The position numbers and the translations under genes are program-made. The notes beneath the pieces are model-generated. The model searched no databases. It was given only the letters and a program-made list of their open reading frames with translations, and was not told where the DNA came from. Source: Batkoa obscura (lineage: Eukaryota). From it: a DNA stretch of 64,000 bases. The stretch is from positions 248,001 through 312,000 of the forward strand of contig JASVEC010000024.1 of the NCBI GenBank assembly GCA_030770535.1, read 5' to 3'. Below are positions 1-12,549 of this stretch, piece after piece (within the stretch, counting starts at the first letter, position 1; every line of letters starts with the position of its first letter).

Positions 1-314
1 TAACTGCATGCAAAATAATAAGTTTTATTCTAACGCCTGAAACTAAAAGGTACAAGTTAAAATTAAGCTTAATTCAACTTCAATTTCAAGGTGTGAAATA
101 TCACGTTTTAAGATATAAATGTAAATAATAACAATAAGTGAAGATAAAGGTACAAGCCCCCTAACTAAAAAATGGTAACAATAAAATAAGTTGAGGTATA
201 ATAGAATAAGAAAGGTATATAAATAAATTCTATCCCAATCTTTACTTTCAACAATATTTTTAAAAAAAATTACACAATATATACTAATATTTATTATTCG
301 ATTTATAATTTAAA

Positions 315-1031
315 ATGTTTTATGATTTATTAAAACTAACCTATATTTTATTGATTTTGTTTTATTCCATAACTTGTGATTTTATAAACCCTACCGATTT
401 ACTAGGTCAACCTAACAGCTGCGTTACTGCAGCTAGCCACATTTACAGTCTTTATCCAGATTTGAATAATTGTTCTTTTAATAATGGGCTATATTTTGCA
501 ACTTTAAGCCAAGTATGTAATCCTTCGTGTTTAAAAGCTGTTACTTCAGCATCACTTTATTTAGTAGGTGCCTGTCCAGCCCTGTTGGATCCAGATAGTT
601 CAAGAAATAAGTCATTATTAAGTGGGGATGGCGACATCCAATTTCCTTTAGGTGACAAAATGGATGTTTATAAAGCTTGGTCAAACTCTACTGTCAATTC
701 AATATCATGTGCTAAATTGGATGCTAATGTTAATGTTCGAAGCGTCAGTATAAACACTTCTGACATTACTAGTAGTAGCGATAGTAATAATAATGTTTCA
801 TATTGCTTAGATCGCTTCTTTCAAGCAAATCAATTTATCCAAAGCTTAAAATATCAACCAGCTTCTGCTGCACAAAATACAAACTTAATTCAATCTAAAA
901 TATGTGATCCATGTACAAAATTATTATATGGTACCCTCAAATCGTCTAGTTCAGTGCCCTTCCTTTATTATTGGACGTTCTCAGATACAACTAATTTATT
1001 TAGATCAATTCGATCCTATTGTAGCTTTTAA
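315..1031 (+). CDS. Predicted secreted cysteine-rich protein, 238 aa, intronless, function unknown
   Basis: Single ORF with a hydrophobic N-terminus (LLKLTYILLILFYSITC) resembling a signal peptide. About 10 Cys, including CNPSC and CDPC, and a Ser/Asn-rich linker. Confidence 0.7.
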   Translation: MFYDLLKLTYILLILFYSITCDFINPTDLLGQPNSCVTAASHIYSLYPDLNNCSFNNGLYFATLSQVCNPSCLKAVTSASLYLVGACPALLDPDSSRNKSLLSGDGDIQFPLGDKMDVYKAWSNSTVNSISCAKLDANVNVRSVSINTSDITSSSDSNNNVSYCLDRFFQANQFIQSLKYQPASAAQNTNLIQSKICDPCTKLLYGTLKSSSSVPFLYYWTFSDTTNLFRSIRSYCSF

Positions 1032-1093
1032 TTTTTAAAAAAATAAATTATTATAAGCTTTTATCTAGTATATATTTCATTGCTTTTATTCAT

Positions 1094-2606
1094 TTATAAT
1101 CCATTAGCTGCATTAATTATACTTAAAATTTCATCCTGTTCTAAATCCTTTAAATCTTGATCAAGATCCTTGACAAATAATAGATAGAGATTCATAGTAG
1201 TGATAATAACAACGTTGATAACAAGTCCCACTTCTAACAATTTAAATGGATAAATTGTGATATCTAGATTAATCATAGGGGTGGTTGAATAGTTTCGCTT
1301 AAAGTAAATATAACTTATCAATAATACTATTGGCTTAAAAAATAAGAATGTAAGTTCTACACCAGCTCTTATTACTTTTGGTATTATACTTCTATAATTA
1401 ATAGTTCTATTTTCCTGAGTTTGGCCATCCTAGTTAAATTTTAATTTAGCTTTAATGATATGTATTCATAGTTACCTGATTATAAACATTTGAAACAAGC
1501 GTCTCAAAACCTGGAAAAAGTTCTGGAATATATGCCAATCCAAATCTATAAAATACTACAAAAACAACCACCCAGTGGAATAGCATCCTCATAAGACTCA
1601 ATACTTTATTTACTATGCTCAAACTAAAAAATGTTTTTAGTGATTGCAGTATATTATAAATGTGCATGATGATTACCTATAAGAAGTATTTTCTAAACAC
1701 AAGATTGTATTTATTGATGAAATAGTTGATATCTGATAAAACAGCTATAAATTAAGTTAGTATAAATCATAATAAGTATGAAGATTTAATTATCATAAAA
1801 TAAATTACCACAAAAGCTATTTGAGTAATAGTCCATGGTTGGTTTAAAGAGTTGTCGTCATTTGGTATGAACAGTTTATAAACGGTCAATGAAAAGGAAG
1901 CTAACATCAATAACCAAATAACAATACTTATTCCAGCAGGAAAAGTATAGTACAAAGTTGATAAAGTTGATAAGTAAAGTGTATAGAAACTAAAGATTGC
2001 TAAACCGATGCAACTAAGTAGTGTAAATCCCTTTCGAAATATTTAATTAACAACTATCAAAATAAAAAATATTACCATTGAAACTGGACTTTGCATAGCT
2101 TCTGCTTTGGCTGTAAATTGGCCTAAATTATCCAAGATTTCAAAAAAAAAGAATGCTGGCTCATAAATTACACATATTGCTAAAAATAACAGCCATGCAA
2201 CAAAGAGTGCTATTTTATAAAGGAAGCCATATATCTTCAAAAAGGAGCCGAAGTTTAATAAAAAATTAGGCAAAAACTTATTCATGTAAGCACTGTAATT
2301 AGGTGATAGGGTTGGATAATAAAATATATTTAAAATTAATAATACCCAATCTAAAGCTTCCAATATAACAGAATTAAATAAAGTATCATTACTGTTTTTC
2401 TTTAAGTAGTAACTTATTGTTTTTATGAAACTGCTAATAAAATAACTCAACAACAAACTTAAAAACCAAGATTCTAGAAACGATTCGTCATATGCTTTTG
2501 TTAAACCTCCTATGTCTCTTAATTTAGGGTAAATATAGCTTAGCAAGCCGATTATTGATGATGCATTATTTAAACTAAGTAAGTTTGAACTTATCAAGTC
2601 CATCAT
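1094..2606 (-). CDS. Multi-pass membrane protein, ~434 aa, 5 exons; possibly a divergent ICE2-like ER protein
   Basis: Four hydrophobic ORFs join into one frame after removing GT-AG introns at 2075-2031, 1808-1745 (CTAAC branch), 1676-1624 and 1475-1430. Spliced CDS is 1305 nt. ICE2 resemblance (early DIGG motif, size, many TM helices) is weak. Confidence 0.65.
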
Positions 2607-3035
2607 TATGTGATTATTGAATTCTCTAAAAGCTCTATTTTTATACTTTAAAAAGTGTTAAAAGAATTTTCAATTAAAATAGTTTTAATTCGTGATTTTA
2701 TTTGCTATTAAAAACCTTAATAATCCATATCCAAAATAAAAAAAGGTTTGTAAGATTCATACAATATTAATAAGATGGTTATTTGTAGTTTTTATAGACT
2801 CCACAATTGATTTTGATTATTTAACATAAACTGCTTTTATAAAATTATAAAATTTCTATTATGTTACCAGAAGAATTACAATTTTTTAAAGAATATTTTC
2901 ATTAATAAATGGTTGTAATAATATGTAATTTTAATTCATTTTAACCTTTATCACATCATAAATTACTGGGCTGGGTTTATTTGATCCTTAAATTAATTCA
3001 AAATTCTTATTCCATTTTCTTGATTTTATACAAAA

Positions 3036-5150
3036 ATGTCAGATAAAGGGAGTAGCTCCTATAGTGAGTCAACTTTATCGAGAATTTCAAGTGCTAGATT
3101 AAATAGTAGTAAAATCAATAGCGTTGCTTTAACTAATCCAACGACCAGAAGAAGATGTGCTGCTGCTCAAGTTTGTAATAGCTCTTATTCTTACAAATTA
3201 AAAATAATGACTAATGATAACAACTTTTTAGACTTTCTGGACTACTATTATGATTTATTAACGTATCTTTATGAACGCAAAGGCAGGCTAAATAAATTTG
3301 AGGAATATGTTGAAAAAGAAGAAGTAAATTTTAATTTACCTAGTAGCTTTGAGTCTAATTCTATTAGTTAGAACAAGAGGAAAAAGATAAAGAGTGGACT
3401 CGATATTGTGGGAGGGAAAGAGCCTATCTTAGAAAACGTAGGGTAAGAATAAGACTCGATCAGTTTCATATTTTATTTCAAATTGGACAAGGTGGTTATG
3501 GCCAAGTAAGTAGTAATCGAAGCTATTAAATGGCAAGCATTTATGATTCAATTAGGTTTATTTAGCTACAAAAAAAGATACTCAAGAAGTATGTGCGTTA
3601 AAACAGATGCAAAAGTCCACTTTATACAAATATGGAGAGGTAAATGATTATAATTACAAAAATCGATTCAATTAATATTAATTCATCATTTTATAAGATC
3701 AATCATATATTAACTGAACGCGATGTACTAACCGCATCAAACAGTCCATGGTTAGTCAAGCTACTTTATGCCTTCCAAGATAGTGAAAACGTTTTCCTGT
3801 CCATGGTAAGTAAATAATAAACTTTAACAAATGATAAAATTAAGAAATAATCTTTATAAAGGAATTCGTTCCAGGTGGTGATATGCGTACTTTACTTAAT
3901 AGTAACGGTATGTTATTAGATCGTCACGCTCGTTTTTATATTGCGGAAATGTTTGCTGCTGTAGACTCTCTCCATCAATTAGGTTATATCCATAGAGATC
4001 TTAAACCAGAGGTAATCCACTATTTCTTATTACTATCATATGCTTTTTTAATACTAGTGATTATATATTAACCTATTACCTCCTTTTAGAACTTTTTAAT
4101 TGATGCCACAGGCCATGTTAAGTTAACTGATTTTGGCTTATCTAAAGGAGCGTTAAGTCCAATGAGAGTAGCATCATTAAGAAAAAAGGTAAAAATAGTG
4201 CTAAAAGATTAAACCCTAATGCTAATTCCATAATCTAGTTGGACTCTATAAAGGGTAAGCAGCCAGTTTATCGTGGTTCGACTGAAAAGTTAAGTTTTAG
4301 GAAAAACTTATCTAGAGAAGACCAAAGCTGGGTAAGAAATAATTGAATATAAACAATCATATGTTAATCTATCCCACTACTAGCATTTTTCTTTAGTCGG
4401 ATCCCCTGAATATATGGCACCAGAGATCCTTGAAACTGCAGATGAAGATTCAAGCAGTACTTATGACCATAGGGTAGATTATTGGGCATTAGGATGTATT
4501 CTATACGAATATTTATCAGGTTTTCCACCATTCACATCACCTGATCCTGATGAAGTGTGGATCAATTTAACGAGATGGGAACAGGTGCTAGTACGTCCAA
4601 TTTTCGAGGATCCAAATTTGAATGATAATTTTACCGATTTAGCATGGGATTTAATCAATTGTTTAGTTGCACCAGCCAACAGAAGATATTCAAACTTTGA
4701 TCAAATTAAAGCGCATCCCTATTTTAATGAAATAGATTGGGATAATTTACGTGAATCGGTAAGATAACTTTAATTTTTTTAAAATTCTTATTCATTTGGT
4801 TTCACTTTAATAGGAGCCGCCATTTGTGCCACAATTAGAATCGGAAACTGATCCATCTTATTTTGATGATTTTACTGATAATAATACTGTACAAGAGGTA
4901 TACAATGATATTGAAAAGAATCAAAAGAGTGGATTGTTTAAAAGCGAAGATGATGAAGATGAAGAATCTTATCTTCCACCAAGAGCTGCCTTTATTGGCT
5001 TTACTTATCGTCATCGCTCTAAACACTTTTCTCCACCTGGTTCAATGTCTTCTACTTCTTCAGCTTCAGCAAGATCTGAATTACTCAGTAAGTACTTTCA
5101 TTTTTGTACTTAATATGGTCTAATGTTTTATTTTAGAATCTTTCTTTTAA
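3036..5150 (+). CDS. DBF2: NDR/LATS-family Ser/Thr kinase, Dbf2/Sid2-like, ~10 introns
   Basis: Motifs: [60 protein letters not shown], and the AGC C-terminal hydrophobic motif AFIGFTYR. Confidence 0.9.
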
Positions 5151-5902
5151 CGTTAATAAATCATTACTAATTTTGTAAAATCCTTATGAAATATTTTGAT
5201 CTCTAAAATGACTTAGTAGAAATATAAGTTCTTAGCTCAAACTTTATACTCTGAATTTTTATAGCTTTAATTATTATAAGTTTAAGATGGCAATACATAT
5301 TTGAGGTTGGTATAATGAGTTTAATCAAAGGTTATACGAAATTTTAATATGCACGTTTTTGGTTGAATTCTAAATTTAAATTTTTTTTTCAACTAAACAC
5401 TATATTTATATTGTTTAAGTATTAACTTAATAAAAGTAGTAAATCAATGTTTGACTAACCTATTTAAAAACTAGACTCTGAAAAATTCGTTAATATAAAA
5501 AACAAACTTCTATATACTACCAGCGAGAATAAGTATAAATTCTTCAGAAAACAAGACCCCGATTGGATTCATTTGATTTTAGTTGAAATTGCATAGTTTC
5601 TATAGAATTTAGTTTATAATTTAAGATAATTTTTAAGAACTTGAAAATTACATGACATGCATATCACAATGGTAAAAAGACAATAAATACTAAATGGGTT
5701 GAGTTTTGTAAATTCAATTCACTATTATAACATACTTGGACCAAAACGCAAAACACGCTCCATTTTTAGTGAGAATTTTAGCAAATTACCCTAAAAATTC
5801 TTTAACTAAAATAGAAATCATCATTAAAGCGTACTTTATTATTAATGCTACGCATACAATTTAATTTTATTCACTTAATTTTTAAAGGAACATCAAAATA
5901 AA

Positions 5903-6023
5903 CCAATTAAAGAAAGGTTGAATATTGTTTAAATTTTGAAAAAATCGCGTTTCGCGACTTCAAATTGAAGTTGATCAAATTTTGGATCATTTTAGTCCAA
6001 TTAGAGCAATTTATTTAGCCAAT
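5903..6023 (+). promoter_or_regulatory. Candidate cell-cycle promoter: TTTGAA-N4-TCGCG-TT-TCGCG-AC-TTCAAA plus CCAAT boxes
   Basis: Two CGCG cores (5946, 5953) are flanked by inverted TTTGAA (5935, 5959). CCAAT at 5903, 5997 and 6019. The cluster lies ~125-245 bp upstream of the BUB3 ATG. Confidence 0.5.
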
Positions 6024-6147
6024 CATAAAATTCATATTTTGTTCTCTGATTTGCTTAAAATAAAGAAAAAAAATATAAATAGTGGTTAAAATTAATTTTC
6101 ATAATCTTTATTTACCAAATTTAAAACAACAATTTATCTATTTAAGA

Positions 6148-7693
6148 ATGTCAGCCGGTCACTTCGCATTTCACAGTCGAAAACGAGAACTTACACACGA
6201 TAATAGTTTTGACAACGTGGATTCAAGGAGTCAAAGAACAATCCCAAAAACTAGTTATGACAAGATAAAATCGGAAGAAAGCATTATTGTTGAAAGATTA
6301 ACTGGCACCAATATTAATGATAGTAGTATTATGCTAACAGATGCCCAGTCCTTAAAAATTCACATCGGTATCAATAGTGAACTGGGCGAACCTATACATG
6401 GATTTCCAAAGGACCAAACGACTTCACTTCATTATAATACTGGTGATGAAACAAAATTAATCGCCACATCCCTTGATAAGGTAGAAATTTTATCATTATA
6501 TAGAATTATTGAAATATGTTCGATTCAATGTAAAAGCTGATAAACTTAGAAAAATACATTTCATCGATTAAATTTTAAACTCTCAATAAAGTTTTTATAA
6601 TATATTAATACTTGCTTTTTAGTCATTGTATATCTATAATGCTTTCCATCGCAATCTACTGATAAGACATAGGACTAGTACACCTCTTCTTTCTGCTTGT
6701 ACCCTTAAGGGTAATATATACACAGGAGGAGCTGACAACAAAATAAGGACGTAAGTCTTAGCTATTATCGCATCATATAATTTCCATTAATTGAATTTGT
6801 AGTCACGACCTACACTGTAATACTTTTCAAGAGTTTGGGGCTCATAGTAATAAAGTATCATGTATTGCTAGTAGCGATTTTGGAGGACGCTGTAATATTA
6901 TTTAACTTGATTTTGGAAATATACTAATTTATTTTGACTATAGTAATCAGTGGTAGTTGGGATAAATGTATAAAAATATGGGATGCGAATAAAGAAGACC
7001 CTTGTATTGCTTCACTTGACACTAAATCTAACATTTATGCTATGGATATCAAAGGACATTTGATTGCAATTGGTACTTCTGGAGAAAGGATTAAAATGTA
7101 TGACTCAAGGAATTTGAAAATGGGAGCATTGATGAATTTTGTGGCCAACGTAACAACGCCTATAAAGAGTATAAAAATTTCTGAAGATAAAAAGTGTATA
7201 TACGTTGGTTCTTCAAATGGAATCATGTCGAAAGAGCATCTTAAAAACCATTCTATGCATGTTAAAGTTAAATATGAAGCTCATACATTCGAACATGCAA
7301 ACTCAACCTATGGATTTCCTGTAAATTGTATAGAGAATATTTCGGGGTAAGATAAATGTGCTATTTGTATATGTCATTTCTAAAAATTATAGCACTAACT
7401 ATTTTGCTACTGGAGGTTCTGATGGTGTAGTAAATATATGGGAGCATGGATACTCAGTGCCCGAAGCCAAACTTCCACAATTCCCTACTTCTATTTCAGC
7501 CCTTGCATACTCTAAAAAGAATGAACAACTAGCAATTGCCTCTTCTTACGTATGGGATAACTTAGAAATGAAGTAAATTAAATAATTTCGATTTTGACTG
7601 TAGCTAATAATTTTTAGGCACCCAATCGATCAAATATATGTAAGGGATATGAGAGTAGATGCTAAAAGTTATAAATTGAAAAACATTTTTTAA
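6148..7693 (+). CDS. BUB3: Bub3-family WD40 spindle-checkpoint protein with an N-terminal extension, 5 introns
   Basis: ISGSWDKCIKIWD, YGFPVNCI, FATGGSDGVVNIW, PQFPTSISALAYS and LAIASSY are typical of Bub3/Rae1. The PTSIS and IASSY motifs favour Bub3. Confidence 0.8.
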
Positions 7694-8773
7694 TTTTATT
7701 ATTGCAAGTTTAATTTAATGATTTATTTAAGCCCTCAAGTAAAATTAGCGTTTTCACAATCTCAGGTCACTTTTATGCGCTCTTACTTATTTTATTTTCA
7801 GTTTAACAATAAACCTTTGTATTTAACTTTTTAAAGACCAAAATTTTGGTTTCTCTCAATAAACTAAGCTAATTATCAGATGTTACAAAAGCTTTATAAT
7901 TTATATTTAATTTTTTGTTAAAGCAAAAGCAGCAAATTTCCTTTGCTTAATGAAGCCTTAATCCATTAGATTAGTTTTCTTTCAACTCTCCCCCTTGTAT
8001 TTTCGAAATACTTCATTTGTATCTATTTTTTTGCTTTTAAATTTTTAGTAGCAACAAAAGTAGAGTTTAAAAAACTTTACATTGTTCTAGTTCTTAGACC
8101 ATTGTGACAAGTCATTATTTGCACAAAAGTTAAAAAGATCAAAAGTTTAAGTTAACAACAAAGGCTAATTAAAAAGTGATCAGTTCTTTTTAATAAAAAG
8201 AGTTTGATCCATAAAGAGATTTTAACTTGTGAAATGCTATTATTTTTTTAACAGTGGTGAGATTTGATAAATATATATTTCAAGTATTAATAGAATTTTT
8301 TACATAAAAGAATAAATGTATCATAAAGCCAGTATTTTATAATTTGAATAATGATTTCAATTCAAAAGTAGTATAAACATTATATATTTTGTTTTCTACT
8401 ATCTTTGTTCACCATAGATTCTTGTTATATCTTTAAAGTAGATAGCAATTTATGAAAAAGAATTAATTGTAGCAGTCGTTGTATTAAGTAAACATAAGAA
8501 TGGCTCCAAAATATCGGTGCCTTGATATCCTTAATCAAATCTTATTGGCAATAGCACATTTGATGGCATAGTGCACTTAACATTAATTAAAGCAATAATT
8601 ACTACCTAAATCAAGTCAAAAATTTGGTAATAAAGTTATGTTTATAATTCTTTGTGGATTACAATAATAATGAAGAATATGCAAATTAGCTTAGCTATTA
8701 TGAACTTCTAAAGTAAATAAACTTAAAAACTATTGGCATTAAAGATAATATATTAATAATGAATTTTGATGGT

Positions 8774-8862
8774 CATTTTGTTTTGATTACATTTTATTTT
8801 GATTACATTTTATTTTGATTACATTTTATTTTGATTACATTTTATTTTGATTACATTTTGTT
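8774..8862. repeat. 16-bp minisatellite (CATTTTATTTTGATTA) x5.5
   Basis: Directly visible head-to-tail copies; four are identical. Confidence 0.95.
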
Positions 8863-9532
8863 AAATCTGATTAGAGTAATACAATTTTATCATAACTTTA
8901 TTTAAACATCATAAATAAAATAATAATTGTTCCAAATTAAGATTAAAGTACCTAACATTTCAACCCGGGATTTCATAATAATATCGAAAAATTAAAGCAA
9001 GTATTATAACAATTAATAATATAATCATTTTAAAATTTGTTTTACTTATTAACTCTTTTAAAGTGTGATGAACATTCATTTATGATTTTGACATAATTTA
9101 GATTCTATCGTTTAGTTCTATTATTGAAAATTAAGAATCGATTATCAATAATAAGGCATTAAAGTAAAAATATGATTTAGACACTTGAATATCATAAGAT
9201 AACAATAATCGTGTTGTCCTAGTACTGTATTGAAGATGTTTTTTCTTTTACATTTCACCATTAACAATAAAGTTAGGTCCTTGATTTTAAATATCAGTAT
9301 TTAAATAGTACTATAAGCAATTAATTTACAATATATCTATATTTTCTATAGCTAAAAATGAGCTTCTTCATTTATTTTTATTACTTTGAATTGATAATAA
9401 TCTATTATTTGATAATAGTGATCTCGAAATTTTAATAAATGATTATCAAGGTGGTGTTAAATAGAGTGAATTAAATTCAAAAAACAAATCTTTGATTCAT
9501 TAATAACAAATGTCGTGTAGAAAAAATATTGA

Positions 9533-10006
9533 CTAGTTTTTAATTAGATCCAAGTCGTCTTGATCCATAAAATATTCCAAACCTTCTGGCACTGTCTGCA
9601 ATTTCCAATCTATAGAAGTAGGGTTGTTTTTTTCAAGGGCTTCCAAACTAAGAAAATCAAAGCCTTCCATGTCTAAAGGTTCTGAAAATACATTGATTTG
9701 GTAATTAAATAACTTTTCATAACTTCTAAAATCTAAGTATTCCTCAATTTTTGGCATCGTATCCATTTCATATGGTACTAAATCTACTTCTGGGAATAAT
9801 AACTTGATTCTTGTATCAGATACAAAGTCGGAATGCATATCACTGAACAAGGTTAATTCAGGTTTATATTATTAAAGAAAACCTTACTCTTGTACATTAG
9901 TTTCATTTTTATCAAACTCTCCAAACTCAAAGCCGTTTATATTCATGTCATTGGGTTCCACACCATTTGAATTCACATCGTTTGATTCCATTTCATTTAG
10001 ACCCAT
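9533..10006 (-). CDS. Small acidic hypothetical protein, ~142 aa, 2 exons
   Basis: ATG at 10006 (MGLNEMESNDVNSNG...) joins the 9533-9850 ORF through a GTAAGG...TTCAG intron. No family recognised. Confidence 0.65.
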
Positions 10007-11266
10007 CTTTTATTATTATTGCGTTTATTTTCACTTTACAGTTTAATAAGAATATAAAAAAAATGTTTAAAAATTAAAAGACTAGCTAAAATTTGGGTTC
10101 TTTTTTTCCGATTTGATTTGTACTTTTTGCAAATTCATATCACACAATTTCAAAATTGAGCATAAATATGAAAATGTGCGCCTTTTGTTTAATTTATGAA
10201 GTTATCAAGAAGACATTATAGTATATCTGGACAACTATCCTTGCAATAAAACCGATTGAATGATCATTCTGATTCACAAATTGATATTTAGGCAAGAGAT
10301 ATACTAAATTAACAAAATAACGAAGCCTTTTCCATACTTCATATTAATAACATAGTAAAGGCTTATATTATCCTGATAAATAAATACAAGCTAAATTTAT
10401 TGGAGTTTATTTTGCTTTTTATTTTTAATGAATTTACACTAAATAACTTTTCTATAAGTATAAATAGCGATTAAAAGGACTATTTCATTACGATTTTATT
10501 TATTAGTCAACATGGTAGCAATTAGAGTAATTTAATAATATTCCATTCATGTTGTGTTATTTATAATGTGCTGTAGCATTTATGTAGCGCTCAATACAGC
10601 TATAGAATGAGAAAAATAGTTATAGCTAAAGTTAGGAGCATTAAATTCAGTTTTGACTCCAGTTTTTAATTTAGTATAAATAACAAAACACTGAAATATC
10701 TTGAAAAATTCCACTTGGGTCAAACATCTGGCTTTGAAGGGACATATGGTATCATATCAACATAGTCTGGTATTATAGCATTTTATATTACTCCCGAAAC
10801 AAAAACAATCCACTCTCAAACAAAGACATCATTGAATGCTCTAAAGTTCAACAATCCATTTCCTTACTTTCATTATAACCCTATTACTCTGTATTAGTTC
10901 TGCTTCATACAGGGATAAAGCAGAAGGTCAAAATTACTATAATATCGATTGCCTGTTAATTTATCTTAATAGTGAGTTAAAAGGAAAACATTATTTGGTC
11001 TGAAATTATCTTACACTGATAGATATCAGCCTTTGCTTTTGTTCAAACCACTTGTGCTCCAGTTTTCTTATTTGTCAACACTATAATAGATACCAAAATT
11101 TAAGCAAATATATTGAATATATCAGTAATTTATCAGGAATCAAACAAGCAATTTGTAGGATACCATACGTTGAAGCACGTCCTAAATATACTTCAAGGGC
11201 TTAAGGAAGGATACGTGTTAAATAATCATAATTTTTTTCAATTCGTATTTTCCTAAAACTATAAAA

Positions 11267-11376
11267 ATATTGAGGATATTTTCCTGGTTTCACTACTTTT
11301 TCCATTGTAAGGTTTATTTAGTGGAAAAATTGTTAATAAATTGTTAATAAATTGTCAATAAAAGACAATCCCATAT
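11267..11376 (+). mobile_element. Degenerate copy of the ~105-bp MITE-like element
   Basis: TGAGGATATTTT...TTTTTCCATT...AGTGGAAAAATTGTTA...ATCCCATAT aligns with the copy at 22396. Confidence 0.65.
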
Positions 11377-11754
11377 GGAGAGTAAGAATACTTTTCTATC
11401 TGGTAGTTAACTATATTTTAAATTTGGAATAAAAATTGATAAAATAATAAAATAAGATATATTTCTATACGTTTATAGTTGCTTTGCCATCTACCATTTA
11501 TTATAATACTATTATTGATATAAATTGTATTGGTTATAGTTATTAATCATATCAAAATCAAACTATAAATCAAATATAAATTGTATACTTATTCTATCAA
11601 GTAGTTACAATGAAAAAATTGAAGAGTAATTAAGTGAAATTAATTTATTTTTTTATTACTTCGAATTAATAGTTAAAGGAAGTCATCTTTTTTATAAAAC
11701 TAGCTACAATGATATTGCAAAGATACTTAAGTATTTGGAAGTTTGCTTTTTAAA

Positions 11755-12549
11755 CTATTCTATATGCATCCCACTCTCTGGATAATAATTCGTGTACACT
11801 TGTGAGTCCCAAGGTCCTAATGGATTAAGATTATCTTTAAATTTGTTAATATCCAAAGGAAGCGAACTGCCCTGTGTCTGATTCCAAGCTACATTATTTA
11901 AATAAGGTGACAGCATGTCTAACCCTATTAGATTATTATAATGCTGATAAGGAACACCCCAAGGATCTAGTATTTCAGCATTATTATGATTATTGATATA
12001 AGGAGTATATTGATGAGAAGGGGAATTAGAATTGATAGAAGGTGAAGTTAAATAAGAACTTTGATTAAAATTACAAGTGGTAGTGGTGCTATTATTGTAA
12101 TTTGGCATATTGCGATATCTGTCATCCAAATCAATATAGTTTGATTTCCCTTCAATACCTTGAGTTGGTAAATAGTCTGACATCTTTGGAGATAAACAAA
12201 AGGGCATAATCAAATCATTAAACTGAGGCAATGGATTTTGTTTTGATAAATTATAAGGGAGAGATTGGTGGGCAGGTATGTGAGCACTTGATGCTGAACA
12301 ATTGACCGTTTTGACCATCAAATGATTCTGGGACCTTGCCTTTGCTCTTCGATTTTGAAACCAGATTTGTACTGTTCTTGGATGCATATCTAATTTGTCA
12401 GCAAGTTCTAATCTTTTATCATGACTTGGTCGAGGATCTCTTTCAAATGTAGTTTCCAATTCTCGGACTTGAAACACTGTAGCACATTTTCTTGGTTTGT
12501 TTGGACTAGATAATTTAGGCTTTCTTTTTATTTTGGAATCTGATAACAT
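11755..12549 (-). CDS. Homeodomain transcription factor (Q50 type), intronless
   Basis: N-terminal homeodomain ...LETTFERDPRPSHDKRLELADKLDMHPRTVQIWFQNRRAKAR, followed by an Asn/Ser/Pro-rich low-complexity tail. Confidence 0.9.
   Translation of the reverse strand: MLSDSKIKRKPKLSSPNKPRKCATVFQVRELETTFERDPRPSHDKRLELADKLDMHPRTVQIWFQNRRAKARSQNHLMVKTVNCSASSAHIPAHQSLPYNLSKQNPLPQFNDLIMPFCLSPKMSDYLPTQGIEGKSNYIDLDDRYRNMPNYNNSTTTTCNFNQSSYLTSPSINSNSPSHQYTPYINNHNNAEILDPWGVPYQHYNNLIGLDMLSPYLNNVAWNQTQGSSLPLDINKFKDNLNPLGPWDSQVYTNYYPESGMHIE

Noticed and set aside
1452..2045. In-frame stops suggesting a pseudogene or stop-codon reassignment
   Set aside because: Every stop lies within a canonical GT-AG intron. 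Conserved genes elsewhere use the standard code.
5475..5535. ATACTACCAGCGAGAA resembling part of a TPP riboswitch
   Set aside because: No CTGAGA or GAACCTGAT core, no pairing stems, and not next to a thiamine gene.
8774..8862. Short direct repeats as a CRISPR array or telomere
   Set aside because: No spacers, internal location and eukaryotic context. It is a simple minisatellite.
10690..11220. Slightly GC-richer stretch that may be a decayed gene or transposon
   Set aside because: The frames I translated contain stops and no recognisable motif. A TBLASTX would be needed.
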